From: Actinomycetes bacterium
GTDB lineage: Bacteria > Actinomycetota > Thermoleophilia > Miltoncostaeales > Miltoncostaeaceae
Direction: 5' to 3'
Assembly (NCBI GenBank): GCA_031376285.1
Contig: JANMDN010000044.1
Span: 4,847-68,846 of the forward strand
DNA length: 64,000 bases
Below, piece by piece: positions 16,582 through 26,184 of this stretch; positions within the stretch are counted from its first letter, which is position 1, and each line of letters begins with the position of its first letter. The translations under genes were made by a program, and so were the position numbers. The notes beneath the pieces were generated by a model that worked only from the letters and a program-made list of their open reading frames with translations, was not told where the DNA came from and did no database searches.

Positions 16582-17663
16582 CAGACCGGGAGCGGCTCGC
16601 CGGCCAGCGCGAGCGCTTCCCACTGCCGGTACTCGGGTGTGTAGTACACGAGCCGAATTTTCTTGAACTCGTGGGTCGAGTAGAGGGTCGCGTGCTCGTC
16701 GGCGCCGGCAAGGCCAACCTCGTCGGCGATCGCGCGGATGGTCTCCTCGCAGAGTTCCATCGAGCGCGCGTGGACCATCGTGAAGAGCGTGTACGGCCAG
16801 TCCTCATAGGTCGGTCGCAGGTAGCAATGCGAGACGGCACGGAAGGCCGCCATCCTCGGGCCCATCTCCTCGACCTGGTCGTGTGGGACCTTCCAGACGG
16901 CCATGCCGTTTGCCCCGAAGCCCGCCTTGCGGTGGTTGAGGACTGCCGCAAAACGACGCATGTAGGTGCGGTCGACAAAGACCTGGGCCTGGGCGAGCAA
17001 CTCGTCAACATCGACGCCGGCCTCGACTGCCCAGGTATCAAACGGTGTCGATGTGACCGGAAGGTCGCGCTGCAAGATGACGATCGCACGCTTGTCGGCC
17101 TCGGTCGGGAGGACGCCATCGCCCCGTTGCGGTGGGGCCTTCTGCTCGGTCTTCTCGGCGACGTCTTTGGTACCGGTCATGTCGAGCTGGACATTGATCT
17201 TGAAGAGCTTCAGCGTCGGCATCAGGCGAGTGGAATCGGCGTTTGTCGCGTGGGCGAGCCGGTCGACGGTCTCCTCGATCCCAAGCTCGGACTCGGGTTC
17301 GCACGCAAGTGTGTACCACAGGTTGTAGCGGTGGGTGCGCCGGTAGTTGTGGCTCACACCGGGGTGCCCACCGATGATCGACGCTGCCTCGAAGAGGCGG
17401 TCATCGGGGTATGCCGCGGCGACAAGGGTGCTCGTATAGCCGAGCGCTCGCGTGTCGAAGATCGCCGAGATCTGGCGGATGATCTCCGCATCCTTGAGGC
17501 GCTGAATCCGTGAAAGGACCTCAGCCTCGGCCATGCCGATGCGCTCGCCGATCTCCGCAAAGGGCTCGCGAACAAAACGAAGGCCCGACTGAAGCGCGTT
17601 CAGGAGCGTCTGGTCGGTCTCGTCGGGTTTGTAGTGAACGCGCGTGCGAGCGGTAGTAGCCAC
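16578..17663 (-). CDS. Fused AhbA/AhbB (NirD/L/G/H-like) siroheme decarboxylase
   Basis: Two Lrp/AsnC-like modules: HPGVSHNYRR...NLWYTLA and AVSHCYLRP...WPYTLFTMVH. Confidence 0.75.
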   Translation of the reverse strand: MATTARTRVHYKPDETDQTLLNALQSGLRFVREPFAEIGERIGMAEAEVLSRIQRLKDAEIIRQISAIFDTRALGYTSTLVAAAYPDDRLFEAASIIGGHPGVSHNYRRTHRYNLWYTLACEPESELGIEETVDRLAHATNADSTRLMPTLKLFKINVQLDMTGTKDVAEKTEQKAPPQRGDGVLPTEADKRAIVILQRDLPVTSTPFDTWAVEAGVDVDELLAQAQVFVDRTYMRRFAAVLNHRKAGFGANGMAVWKVPHDQVEEMGPRMAAFRAVSHCYLRPTYEDWPYTLFTMVHARSMELCEETIRAIADEVGLAGADEHATLYSTHEFKKIRLVYYTPEYRQWEALALAGEPLPVW

Positions 17664-17674
17664 AGGTCTCCCGA

Positions 17675-18685
17675 TCAGTTTTCGCTCAGCCAGCGTGCTG
17701 CGGCCTCGGCGTGGTAGGTGATCACGAGGTCCGCGCCGGCGCGCCGAATCGCCGTCAACGTCTCAAGGGCCGCCGCGCGTTCATCGAGCCAGCCTCGCTC
17801 GGCCGCGGCTTTGAGCATCGCGTACTCGCCACTCACGTGGTACGCGACGAGCGGCAGCTCCGTCGTTTCTCGAACGCGAGCGATGACATCCAGGTAGGTC
17901 GCCGCGGGCTTCACCATCACCATGTCGGCACCTTCCGCGATGTCGAGACGCACCTCGCGAACGGCTTCGCGGACGTTTGCCGGGTCCATTTGGTAGCCGC
18001 GGCGGTCACCAAAGCCCGGGGCGGATCCCGCCGCCTGGCGAAATGGCCCGTAGAAGGCCGAGGAGTACTTCGCCGCATAGGAGAGAATCGAGACGCCCTC
18101 ATGGCCCTCGGCGTCGAGCGCGGAACGAATCGCACCCACCCGGCCGTCCATCATGTCGCTCGGCGCGACGATGTCGGCTCCGGCGGCCGCGTGGCTGAGC
18201 GCCGTCCTCGCGATAACGTCAAGCGACGGGTCGTTCTGGACTTCGCCGTCTTCGACGATGCCGCAGTGGCCGTGATCGGTGTAGGCGCAGAGACACACGT
18301 CGGTGACGACGACCATCTCCGGGACGGCCGCTTTGATCGCCACGACGGCTTCCTGGGCGGAGCCATTGACATCGTAGGCCGAGGTCGCCGCGCCATCTTT
18401 GTGATCTGAGATTCCAAAGATCAGGACCGCCGGCACGCCTGCTTCGAAGGCCCGTCGGGCGGTGCGCGCAAGGAGGTCGGGGCTCTGGCGCGAGTGGCCA
18501 GGAAGGGCGTCGATCGGCTGCTCGCGGTCATGGCCGGAGATCGCAAAGAGCGGGAGGATGAACTGGTCGGCGCTCAGACGTGTCTCGCGAACCATCCGGC
18601 GGAGCGTCTCCGAGCGGCGCAGGCGCCGAGGGCGGGCAACCGGGTAAACGGCGCCGAGGGCGTCGGTTGGAGCGCTGCGCTTCAC
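17675..18685 (-). CDS. hemB: Porphobilinogen synthase (Zn-type)
   Basis: CLCAYTDHGHCG zinc site, VMVKPA Schiff-base lysine region, YHVSGEYAM. Confidence 0.92.
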   Translation of the reverse strand: MKRSAPTDALGAVYPVARPRRLRRSETLRRMVRETRLSADQFILPLFAISGHDREQPIDALPGHSRQSPDLLARTARRAFEAGVPAVLIFGISDHKDGAATSAYDVNGSAQEAVVAIKAAVPEMVVVTDVCLCAYTDHGHCGIVEDGEVQNDPSLDVIARTALSHAAAGADIVAPSDMMDGRVGAIRSALDAEGHEGVSILSYAAKYSSAFYGPFRQAAGSAPGFGDRRGYQMDPANVREAVREVRLDIAEGADMVMVKPAATYLDVIARVRETTELPLVAYHVSGEYAMLKAAAERGWLDERAAALETLTAIRRAGADLVITYHAEAAARWLSEN

Positions 18686-18732
18686 GATTCGAGTCTACCC
18701 CCCTCCCTTCGGACGATGGCATCATCCTCCGC

Positions 18733-19446
18733 GTGGAACGTCCTCGATCTGCGGTCATCTTTGGCGCACGAAACGTCGGCCGCGCGGTCGCCATTGGCCT
18801 CCATCACGAGGGATGGCGGGTGCTCGCGCTGGCTCGGAGCGTCGAGACCCTGAGCGGGCTGCCGGCGGGGGTTGCGAGGGAGGTTGTCGATGCCGGAGAC
18901 CCTCGGCAGGTCGACGGCGTGTTCAACCTGGCCCGAGACGCCTTCGGCCAGATCGACCTGGTCGTCAACGCGATGACGTCCCCGCCGCGCGACCAACCGT
19001 TCGGTGGAGGCTCAGTCGTGGACGCGCCGCCCGAGCGGCTTGAGGAGTGGCTGCGCGCATGCCTGCCGCCAGCGTGGAACGTGCTCCAGGCATCGGCGCG
19101 CGTCCTGGGCGCCCAAGGCCACGGAACCATCGTGCAGATCGCTGGGCCGTCGACGCGCCGCGTGGGTCCGCAGCGCGGCGCGTGGGGTGCGGCCCAGATG
19201 GCGCTTCGCGGTGTGGTCGAGGCACTCGTGCAGGAGATGCGCCCGCTCGGTATTCACGTCGCGCTTCTCGTCGCCGACGGCGAGATCGTGACCGACCGCT
19301 ACGAATCAACCGGCAGGCCTCCGCTGAGCGCGCTCGAACCTGGCGACATCGCCCACGCCGTGAGCTTTCTCGCCGGGCAGACCCAAACCGCCTGGACGCA
19401 CCAGGTCGTCCTTACGCCCCGCGGCCGAGAGTGGGTGCCCGCTTGA
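18733..19446 (+). CDS. Short-chain dehydrogenase/reductase-like protein (atypical)
   Basis: Rossmann start AVIFGARNVGRA and SDR-like length. GTG at 18733 chosen to avoid overlap with hemB. Confidence 0.65.
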   Translation: MERPRSAVIFGARNVGRAVAIGLHHEGWRVLALARSVETLSGLPAGVAREVVDAGDPRQVDGVFNLARDAFGQIDLVVNAMTSPPRDQPFGGGSVVDAPPERLEEWLRACLPPAWNVLQASARVLGAQGHGTIVQIAGPSTRRVGPQRGAWGAAQMALRGVVEALVQEMRPLGIHVALLVADGEIVTDRYESTGRPPLSALEPGDIAHAVSFLAGQTQTAWTHQVVLTPRGREWVPA

Positions 19447-19774
19447 CCGCCGAATCGACCCTGACGACGCGTCTTGGCGAGCTGCTTGCGCGGCCGCTGG
19501 CGACGCGACCCGCGCGCACTGGACCGGGTACTTGGACGGGACCGCGGCCTTTCGCGGCGGTTCGCTGGCCGGTGTTCGGGCGGCAGTTCGGGCGCTTTGG
19601 CGCGAACAGCATCTCGGCGACCGCCCCACCGATGACCTGCTGCTCCTGGTCGGGGCGGGAATGAAGATGCGACGACGGTGGCCTGTCCGAGCGTCGTGAG
19701 CGAAACGTGCAACCGAAGCCTGCTCGCCTATCGTTCACGTTTGGCACGCACACACGGCCGTCCTCACACTCGTA

Positions 19775-20239
19775 TCAATGCCCGACCGATACCTGTACGG
19801 AGCACTTGAACGCCTGGGCGCTGCTCCCTCCGTTACCACACTTCCCCTTGATCGTGGTGCCTGTGCTGGAGTACACCTGAACGGCAAAGGTGTCGAAACC
19901 ACTTCCAGCATTCCAGGGACCTAACGAGGGTCCGCTGGGAGCGGGCCAAGCCCAGGCCTTCTTCAACAGGTACGGAACGGCGGTGTTGACGATGCGCACA
20001 GAGTTTGCGTTGTGGAACGCCCCCCAGGAACTCACCCAGCCGGAGCCCCCGGTGATGCCCGCGGCGCAAGAAGTGTTGGCATAGAAGCAGTTCGTCGAGA
20101 TTGGAGCGTGCGTCCCAAGAGCGCTGGATGTCGTCGCGAGCGCGGCGACTGCCGTGAGTCCTGCGAAGACGAGGGAGCGACGGACGCTCCGCGACTCGGA
20201 ACCGATCGCGGATATCGAGACTGTCATCCTTACCCCCAT
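19775..20239 (-). CDS. Small secreted Cys-containing hypothetical protein
   Basis: Signal peptide RRSLVFAGLTAVAALATTSSALG and 4 Cys in the mature part. The region is visibly AT-richer than its surroundings. Confidence 0.55.
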   Translation of the reverse strand: MGVRMTVSISAIGSESRSVRRSLVFAGLTAVAALATTSSALGTHAPISTNCFYANTSCAAGITGGSGWVSSWGAFHNANSVRIVNTAVPYLLKKAWAWPAPSGPSLGPWNAGSGFDTFAVQVYSSTGTTIKGKCGNGGSSAQAFKCSVQVSVGH

Positions 20240-20475
20240 TGCTAGTTGACATCCAATGTCACTGTTCCAGTTGCAGTCTTGACTGAGAACGACGGGCTGC
20301 CGACATCGAACTGTAGGGACGCGAGTCGACCAGTCACTGCCTGCGTTGTGCCGCCCTGTCGAACTTCAACTGCACCAACAGGAAGAAGGGCCCAGACCTA
20401 CCTGACGCCACCACTAGGGGGCGCCGAGAAGAACGCCCGAACGATCAAGGACAGCTTTGGAGCCACAACCCATCA

Positions 20476-20748
20476 TCAACGGCTGACCCGCAACTGCGAG
20501 CGAATAGCAAACCCTGTCAGTCTCTCCAGCAGGCCGACATCCTTGGATGGCACCTCGTAGAGCCGGGCGCCGTCGACGGTTGCAATGAGAGTGCCGAGTT
20601 CTTGACCGCCGACAGGGGGTGCAGAGGGGCTTGACGTGCCTATGACGGCTGCATAGGCACCGACGGCGATGCAACCCGCGCCAACGACACCTACAACGAT
20701 AAATGCCACACGTTGGCGGTCTGATGCTGGCGAAATAGATCTGCGCAT
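20476..20748 (-). CDS. Small membrane-anchored hypothetical protein
   Basis: ATG preceded by GGGAGA; one TM helix (VAFIVVGVVGAGCIAVGAYAAVI). Confidence 0.4.
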   Translation of the reverse strand: MRRSISPASDRQRVAFIVVGVVGAGCIAVGAYAAVIGTSSPSAPPVGGQELGTLIATVDGARLYEVPSKDVGLLERLTGFAIRSQLRVSR

Positions 20749-20918
20749 GTGGATCTCCCAGATCGGATGGCGACGACGCTAGTCGGCCGACTGGTACGTG
20801 TCAATCGTGTGTCGTAGATGCCTGCGGATTGCATGGCGGCACCGAACACCAATCATAAATTCACGAGAGTTACGGTAGTGCAAGCGCCAAGCCAGTTTCG
20901 GGCTCTGAATCGAGGCAC

Positions 20919-20994
20919 GAATATGTGGGCTGCCAAGGACGCCGAATCGCGAAGTGTCGCAGCCAGCGGATCGCCCTCAGCAATTCGGAATCAA
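20919..20994. repeat. Family-1 conserved intergenic element, copy 2 (inverted relative to copy 1)
   Basis: Contains a 31/32-nt block CCGAATCGCGAAGTGTCGCAGCCAGCGGATCGC shared with the reverse complement of copy 1. It ends 2 nt before the ATG at 20997. Confidence 0.6.
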
Positions 20995-20996
20995 CC

Positions 20997-21325
20997 ATGT
21001 CGGCTCCGGCGCGTGCGGAACTCGACTCACCGACGCTACTCCTGACCCTCACGGGCCCGATCGTCCTGGCGTCACCGTTGCCCTTTTCGAGGCACTATCG
21101 ACCTCGGTCGGGGTTATCGACGTCGAGCAGGTCGTCGTCCGTGGCAACCTCACGCTCGCGCTGCTCGTCACGGCCGATGCGAACGGCCGGGAGGTCATCG
21201 CCATCGCCGGAGACGTCACCCGCATTGGTGCCCCGCTTCTTCCGGTCGCCGTGGCTCGCATTGCCGGTGCCCTCACCGGCGCCGCCACTCGGCGTGCCTA
21301 CGACGCCCCGCATGCCGCGCAATGA
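20997..21325 (+). pseudogene. ACT-domain protein whose frame is broken at 21053-21059
   Basis: Frame 0 gives MSAPARAELDSPTLLLTLTGP. The -1 frame continues DRPGVTVALFEALSTSVGVIDVEQVVVRGNLTLALLV, a SerB/GcvR-like ACT signature. The two join only with a -1 shift or a missing C. Confidence 0.55.
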
Positions 21326-22233
21326 GCGGTGCCGACCCGACGCGGCGCGCCGCACGAGGCGCACGCGCCGTTGACGGACCGTCCACATCCTTCGCAGTGG
21401 CTGCCGGTCTTGACCGGGTACCCACAGAACGGACACTCGTGTCTGCGTACGCGACGGATCGGCACGCGTCGGGCGACCTGTCGCTGCAGGCCCATGAAGG
21501 TCAACAGGGTGATTGCGATGCCGACCAGCGAAAGCACGACCGGTCCCGTCTCGAGGGGATTGACGTAGTCGGTTGTGTAGTCGCCGGCGAAGACAAGCGT
21601 GAGCAGAACGGCGGTGGCGATGGCGGCCCCGGCAAGCGGCACGAGGCGCGGGCGATGGCGACTGAACCGTCGCAGCATCCAAAACGACAGTCCGAGGAGG
21701 CTCAGGGCGAGCGCGAAGCGCGCCAGGAAGACCAGGAGGCGATGCCGATTGCTTCGAGCCTCGAAGTCGCTACTGATCGCGCGCTGCTCCGCCTCGATGC
21801 GCCGCGATGCCCGGTCGGCGGCTGGTTTGGTCGTCGCAGCCGCCTGCTGCGCCTCGGCTGCCTGTCGATTTGCCGCCGCAAAGGTGGACTGGGCACGACG
21901 GTAGCGCCGCTCCAGGTTCGGCGCCGGGCTCCCGGCGTCGAGCGAGGTCCGGTACTCCTCCCGCGAGAGTTCGAGGCCACGCCGCGCGCTACTCACCTGG
22001 GCCTGACGCGTCTCAAGTCGCCGCTGGGCGGCCTGCTGGGCAACGATCGCAGGGTCCGAGGTGAGGGCCGGAGGGAGTCCGAATGACGTCGTGGGGTAGG
22101 CCGGCCGGCCCACATTGTCGATCTTCGCGTAGACCCACAGGACCCCGATCGCCGCGAAGATCGCGAGTGCGGCAGCGAGATAGCGCTCGCCCCTCGTCGA
22201 TGTCAGCTCGTCCGCACTGATTGGCGTGCTCAC
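21298..22233 (-). CDS. Membrane protein with coiled-coil region and C-terminal double zinc ribbon
   Basis: GTG after GAGGAG; GTGA overlap with the XRE gene stop; about 4 TM segments. The C-terminus is CPFCGYPVKTGSHCEGCG...CASCGAPRRVGTAHCAACG. Confidence 0.6.
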   Translation of the reverse strand: MSTPISADELTSTRGERYLAAALAIFAAIGVLWVYAKIDNVGRPAYPTTSFGLPPALTSDPAIVAQQAAQRRLETRQAQVSSARRGLELSREEYRTSLDAGSPAPNLERRYRRAQSTFAAANRQAAEAQQAAATTKPAADRASRRIEAEQRAISSDFEARSNRHRLLVFLARFALALSLLGLSFWMLRRFSRHRPRLVPLAGAAIATAVLLTLVFAGDYTTDYVNPLETGPVVLSLVGIAITLLTFMGLQRQVARRVPIRRVRRHECPFCGYPVKTGSHCEGCGRSVNGACASCGAPRRVGTAHCAACGAS

Positions 22234-22571
22234 GTTTTGCTCCTCATGGTCCGTGGGGTGATCTCGACGCGCAGGTCGCAGTCGAGGGCGTTTGCGACGC
22301 GAAGCAGGGTGTCGATTCTCGGGGGACGCTCGCCGCGCTCGAAGCGGGCGATCGCAGGCTGGGTTGTCGCGCAGAGCTCGGCAAGCTCCGCCTGCGAAAG
22401 TCCGAGCTCGGTTCGGCGCAGAACGATCTGGTCGGCGATCGCCTTGAAGGTGGTCGCCGCGTCGACATCGGGGGACCCCTCGCTGAGTCGGTCGCGCAGA
22501 CGCTGGAATGCTCCGTCGCGTCCCCACCTCCGCGAAGGGGTCACCGGATCGTCATCAGACATACCAGACAT
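22230..22571 (-). CDS. XRE-family helix-turn-helix regulator
   Basis: LRRTELGLSQAELAELCATTQPAIARFERGERPPRIDTLLRVANAL. Confidence 0.8.
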   Translation of the reverse strand: MSGMSDDDPVTPSRRWGRDGAFQRLRDRLSEGSPDVDAATTFKAIADQIVLRRTELGLSQAELAELCATTQPAIARFERGERPPRIDTLLRVANALDCDLRVEITPRTMRSKT

Positions 22572-22600
22572 GCGATATATGTATCGCAGGTTTGGTATGT
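22559..22600. promoter_or_regulatory. 42-bp nested palindrome over the XRE start codon (candidate auto-operator)
   Basis: ACATACCA-5-GCGATA-tatg-TATCGC-5-TGGTATGT, an AT-rich patch in a GC-rich genome. Confidence 0.5.
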
Positions 22601-22743
22601 TCGCAAGGGCCGAAGTCTCACCCGAACGACGGCGCCAGCCGGCACCGGCCACACCTGCACTACGCTGACGGCCACGCGGGTCGTGGCGCCGGGACGTGCA
22701 GCGCCGGCGGGATGCGCGTCTGCCTCTCGATTGCCAAGGGCTT

Positions 22744-23328
22744 GTGAACTCAAACCGCCCGATTGACCCCGAGGACATTCTTCACGCCGCGCTCGTCGGG
22801 GCGTTCCCGATGGACGACGAGCCCGCCGGGCCACTCCGATACTTCACCGCGAACCCGCGCGCGGTCCTCATCCCCGGTGAGCTGCGAGTACCACGCTCGG
22901 TGGCCCGCGCACTCGCGCGTCGAACCTTCGAGCTGAGGGTCGACACCGCCTTCGGCGCGGTCATCGAGGCCTGCGCGGCCCCGCGCGGGGGCGGGGCTTG
23001 GCTGACGCCGCGGCTTGTCGAGGCCTATCTCGACCTCCACCGCCAGGGCGTCTGTCACAGCTTCGAAATCTGGAGCGAGGACCATCTCGCCGCCGGCCTC
23101 TTCGGGCTTCGGCTCGGCGCTTTTGCGAGCGGCGAGAGCATGTTCCACGCTGTCTCAAATGCCGGGAACGCCTTGATCGTCCGCACGAGCCGGGCCCTCG
23201 AAGCGCTCGGCGTCACGCTCCTCGACGTTCAGATGACGAGCCCTCACCTCGCACGGTTCGGCACACGGGAGATCTCCCACCGCGACTACATCCGACGCCT
23301 CGAGGCGTCGCTCGGTCGCGATTGTTGA
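22744..23328 (+). CDS. aat: Leucyl/phenylalanyl-tRNA--protein transferase
   Basis: GAFPM ... [25 protein letters not shown] ... GESMFH. Confidence 0.8.
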   Translation: MNSNRPIDPEDILHAALVGAFPMDDEPAGPLRYFTANPRAVLIPGELRVPRSVARALARRTFELRVDTAFGAVIEACAAPRGGGAWLTPRLVEAYLDLHRQGVCHSFEIWSEDHLAAGLFGLRLGAFASGESMFHAVSNAGNALIVRTSRALEALGVTLLDVQMTSPHLARFGTREISHRDYIRRLEASLGRDC

Positions 23329-24857
23329 TGGGCCGCGAGTCCGTCAGTGGGAAGCGCGAGCCACACGTCAGCGCCCCCACACTCACGGTTCTGCGCGTGC
23401 GCGGAGCCCCCGTGCGCCAGCGCGATCACGCTCACGATCGCAAGGCCGAGGCCCGTCCCTCCGCGGCCGCGGGCCTCGTCTGCGCGCGAGAAGCGGTCAA
23501 AGGCGCGACCGAGGAACCCGAGCGGGAAACCCGCGCCGTGGTCGGAAACGTGGAGCTCGACGACGCCCTCGATCGCCACAGCCCGAAGTTCAATCGTCCC
23601 GTCACCGTAGGCGAGGGCGTTATCGACGAGATTCCCCAACGCCTGGGTGATCCGCTCGATGTCGAGCGTTGCCCGAAGGTCGTCGGGCGAGGCCACGCGG
23701 ATCATCCGCCCATGCTCGTTCACTCGGGTGTTGAAACGCGCGGCGACACTATCGAGCAGCGCCACAACCCCGGCCTCGGCCGGACGTAACGGGAGCGACC
23801 CTATGTCTGACCTCGCGAGGACGAGCAGGTCCTCCGCGAGCTGGCAGAGTCGCTCGGTTTCCTCGGACGCCGAGCGGAGCGCCGCTTCGAGTTCCTCCGG
23901 CGTCCGTTTGCGCCGCAGGGCGAGTTCCAGCTCGGTGCGAAGGAGCGCGAGGGGCATTCGAAGCTCGTGGCTCGCGTCGGCGACGAGCCGTCGCTCGTGC
24001 GCGAACGAGGTCTCGAGTCGTCCAAGCATCTCGTTGAGCGTCTCGCCGAGGTGTTGAACTTCGTCGCGCGTCTCGGGAATCGGAAGGCGGCCCCCCGGTT
24101 TCTCTGCCGAGATCGCCGCTGCCCGAATGCGCATACGCTCGACGGGTCGGAGTGCTCCCGCCGCGAGAACATACCCCGCGCCGGAGGCGACGATGATGGC
24201 CAGCGGCCCCGCAATGAGCAGCGCCGCGAGCAGCTCGTGGAGCGTCTCTTCCCGACGTCGCAGCGACATCGAGACGACCACGAGATTGTGCTGGCCTGCG
24301 GTGTCGACCGGCATGGCGAGCACTCGCGTCGATTCCTTGCCGACCACCTCCTCGCGATCGAACCGAATCGTTTCGTTCGCGCCGCGTGCCTGCTCGGTGG
24401 GTGTGAGAAGGGGGCGCCCGGCCCTATCGGACGATGCGTAGATGACGCGACCGTCACTACCCAGCACCTGCGCGACGTTGTCGTTGGTGTCTGCGAGGAC
24501 GACCTGCCCGGGATCGTTGCTGTCGATCGATTCCCGCACAGTCGCGGCGATGTCATCCGCGCGAACTCGCAGGGAGGTGTTGATGGCCTGATCCAGCGAC
24601 GACGCAACCCGTTGGTGGAGAAACGCGCCGAGCGCGGCGACGAGCGCCAGCATCGCAAGCGCGAACACCAGCGTCAGCCGGATGCGAATCGGGAGCCGCT
24701 TGGCCCATTGGATCGTTGCTGCGGTCCAGGCTCGGGCGTCAGTCCTCGTGACGCCCCCCGTCCGTACGAAGTCGATACCCGGCTCCGCGCACAGTCTCGA
24801 TTGAGTTGGTCCCGAAGGGTCGATCGATCTTCTCGCGAAGGTATCGGACGTAGACAT
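23286..24857 (-). CDS. Sensor histidine kinase (HAMP-HisKA-HATPase)
   Basis: H-box [12 protein letters not shown]; N and G boxes DNALAYG and [10 protein letters not shown]. The start is uncertain: the only canonical start overlaps the response regulator gene by 119 nt. Confidence 0.85.
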   Translation of the reverse strand: MSTSDTFARRSIDPSGPTQSRLCAEPGIDFVRTGGVTRTDARAWTAATIQWAKRLPIRIRLTLVFALAMLALVAALGAFLHQRVASSLDQAINTSLRVRADDIAATVRESIDSNDPGQVVLADTNDNVAQVLGSDGRVIYASSDRAGRPLLTPTEQARGANETIRFDREEVVGKESTRVLAMPVDTAGQHNLVVVSMSLRRREETLHELLAALLIAGPLAIIVASGAGYVLAAGALRPVERMRIRAAAISAEKPGGRLPIPETRDEVQHLGETLNEMLGRLETSFAHERRLVADASHELRMPLALLRTELELALRRKRTPEELEAALRSASEETERLCQLAEDLLVLARSDIGSLPLRPAEAGVVALLDSVAARFNTRVNEHGRMIRVASPDDLRATLDIERITQALGNLVDNALAYGDGTIELRAVAIEGVVELHVSDHGAGFPLGFLGRAFDRFSRADEARGRGGTGLGLAIVSVIALAHGGSAHAQNRECGGADVWLALPTDGLAAHQQSRPSDASRRRM

Positions 24858-25428
24858 CGACCACGTTCGAGCGATTCTCGTAGGTGCCGTCCCAGGCGTG
24901 CTCGAGGATGTCGAAGCGCGACAGCATCTGTCCGGGGCGTCGCATCAGCGTCTCGAGCAGCGCGAACTCCTTTGTGGAGAGGCTGATCTCGGTGTTCCCT
25001 CGCCAGACCTGGCGCGTGGAGGGATCCATGCGCAGGGTGCCGACCTCCATCACCGGACGCCGCTCGCTCGCCCCGCGTCGTACGAGCGCTCGGAGGCGAG
25101 CGAGCAGCTCGACGAACGAAAAAGGCTTGGTGAGGTAGTCGTCGGCGCCCTGGTCGAGCCCCGTCACACGGTCCTCGACGGCGTCACGAGCCGTCAACAT
25201 GAGGATCGGCGAGCGCACATTCGATGCCCGGAGTGTCCCGCAGACCTCGAACCCGTCAACACCCGGCAACATCACGTCCAGGACGATCACGTCGTAGTCG
25301 GTCGCTTGCGCCATCCACGTGGCCGCTTCGCCGGTCGCGGCAACGTCGGCCGCGTGGCCTTCTTCGACCAGGCCGCGCTGGAGCAAGCTGGCCATCTTGG
25401 CGTCATCCTCGACGACTAGGACGCGCAT
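24739..25428 (-). CDS. OmpR/PhoB-family response regulator
   Basis: MRVLVVEDD ... [13 protein letters not shown] ... winged-helix VRGAGYRL. Confidence 0.92.
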   Translation of the reverse strand: MRVLVVEDDAKMASLLQRGLVEEGHAADVAATGEAATWMAQATDYDVIVLDVMLPGVDGFEVCGTLRASNVRSPILMLTARDAVEDRVTGLDQGADDYLTKPFSFVELLARLRALVRRGASERRPVMEVGTLRMDPSTRQVWRGNTEISLSTKEFALLETLMRRPGQMLSRFDILEHAWDGTYENRSNVVDVYVRYLREKIDRPFGTNSIETVRGAGYRLRTDGGRHED

Positions 25429-25440
25429 GGAGCTCGTCGC

Positions 25441-26184
25441 TCACTCAGTGGCGGTTCGCTGGGCTGCCCGTCCACGAGTCTCATCCTCACACACCGCGTC
25501 GCTACGACCGAATACGAGACGGCGATCGAGCCAGGTCGCCGTGAGCACGACCGCTCCGGCGACGAGCCAACCCGCGGCGACGTCAGATGGGTAGTGAACC
25601 CCAAGCTCAAGTCTTGACAGGCCGACCACGGCAGCGCTCGCGACCGCGACCGCCGCGATGGCCTTTCCCGGCCGGGCGTTCCACGCTGCCACCGCCAGCG
25701 CCAGGGCGAGTGCCATCGACCCGGTTGAGTGGCCGCTCGGAAAGGAGTAGCCGCCCTCGGAGATGAGCCACGGAAACAGGTGCGGGCGTTGGCGCTCCAC
25801 GAGCTGCTTGATCACGGCCGCGGTGATGCCGGCGCCAACGACCGACGAGACAAGGCGGAGCGCGTCACGTCGACGCCCGCGCCACGCGAGGAATCCACCC
25901 AGGCTCAGGGTGAGCCCCCCGACGGTCGCCACGTCGCCGAGGTGCGTGATCCACCGGGCAAGCAACGCCAAGAGGCGTGTGGAGTGTCGGTGAACCTCGG
26001 CAAGGCCCGCGACGTCCCCTGGTGGCTGGCCGCCGCCGCGGATCCACACGGCGAGCGCCGCAAACGCGGCAATGAATGTAAGGGCGACCCACAGGGGACG
26101 GACGAAGACCGCTCCGAGGGTGCGGCCCGATGGCGGCACGCCACCGGGCCCGGACGCCTCCCAGATGTGGTTGGAGGTGCTCAA
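25441..26184 (-). CDS. PAP2-family membrane phosphatase
   Basis: KQLVERQRP ... PSGHS ... SRLELGVHYPSD. Confidence 0.85.
   Translation of the reverse strand: MSTSNHIWEASGPGGVPPSGRTLGAVFVRPLWVALTFIAAFAALAVWIRGGGQPPGDVAGLAEVHRHSTRLLALLARWITHLGDVATVGGLTLSLGGFLAWRGRRRDALRLVSSVVGAGITAAVIKQLVERQRPHLFPWLISEGGYSFPSGHSTGSMALALALAVAAWNARPGKAIAAVAVASAAVVGLSRLELGVHYPSDVAAGWLVAGAVVLTATWLDRRLVFGRSDAVCEDETRGRAAQRTATE

Noticed and set aside
19443-19664. 73-codon ORF starting with a TTG in a TTGA overlap with the SDR gene stop
   Set aside because: It has high GC3 but no motif, and it ends in a region where the protein-like signal jumps frame. It was treated as part of the decayed sequence of the islet rather than called as a gene.
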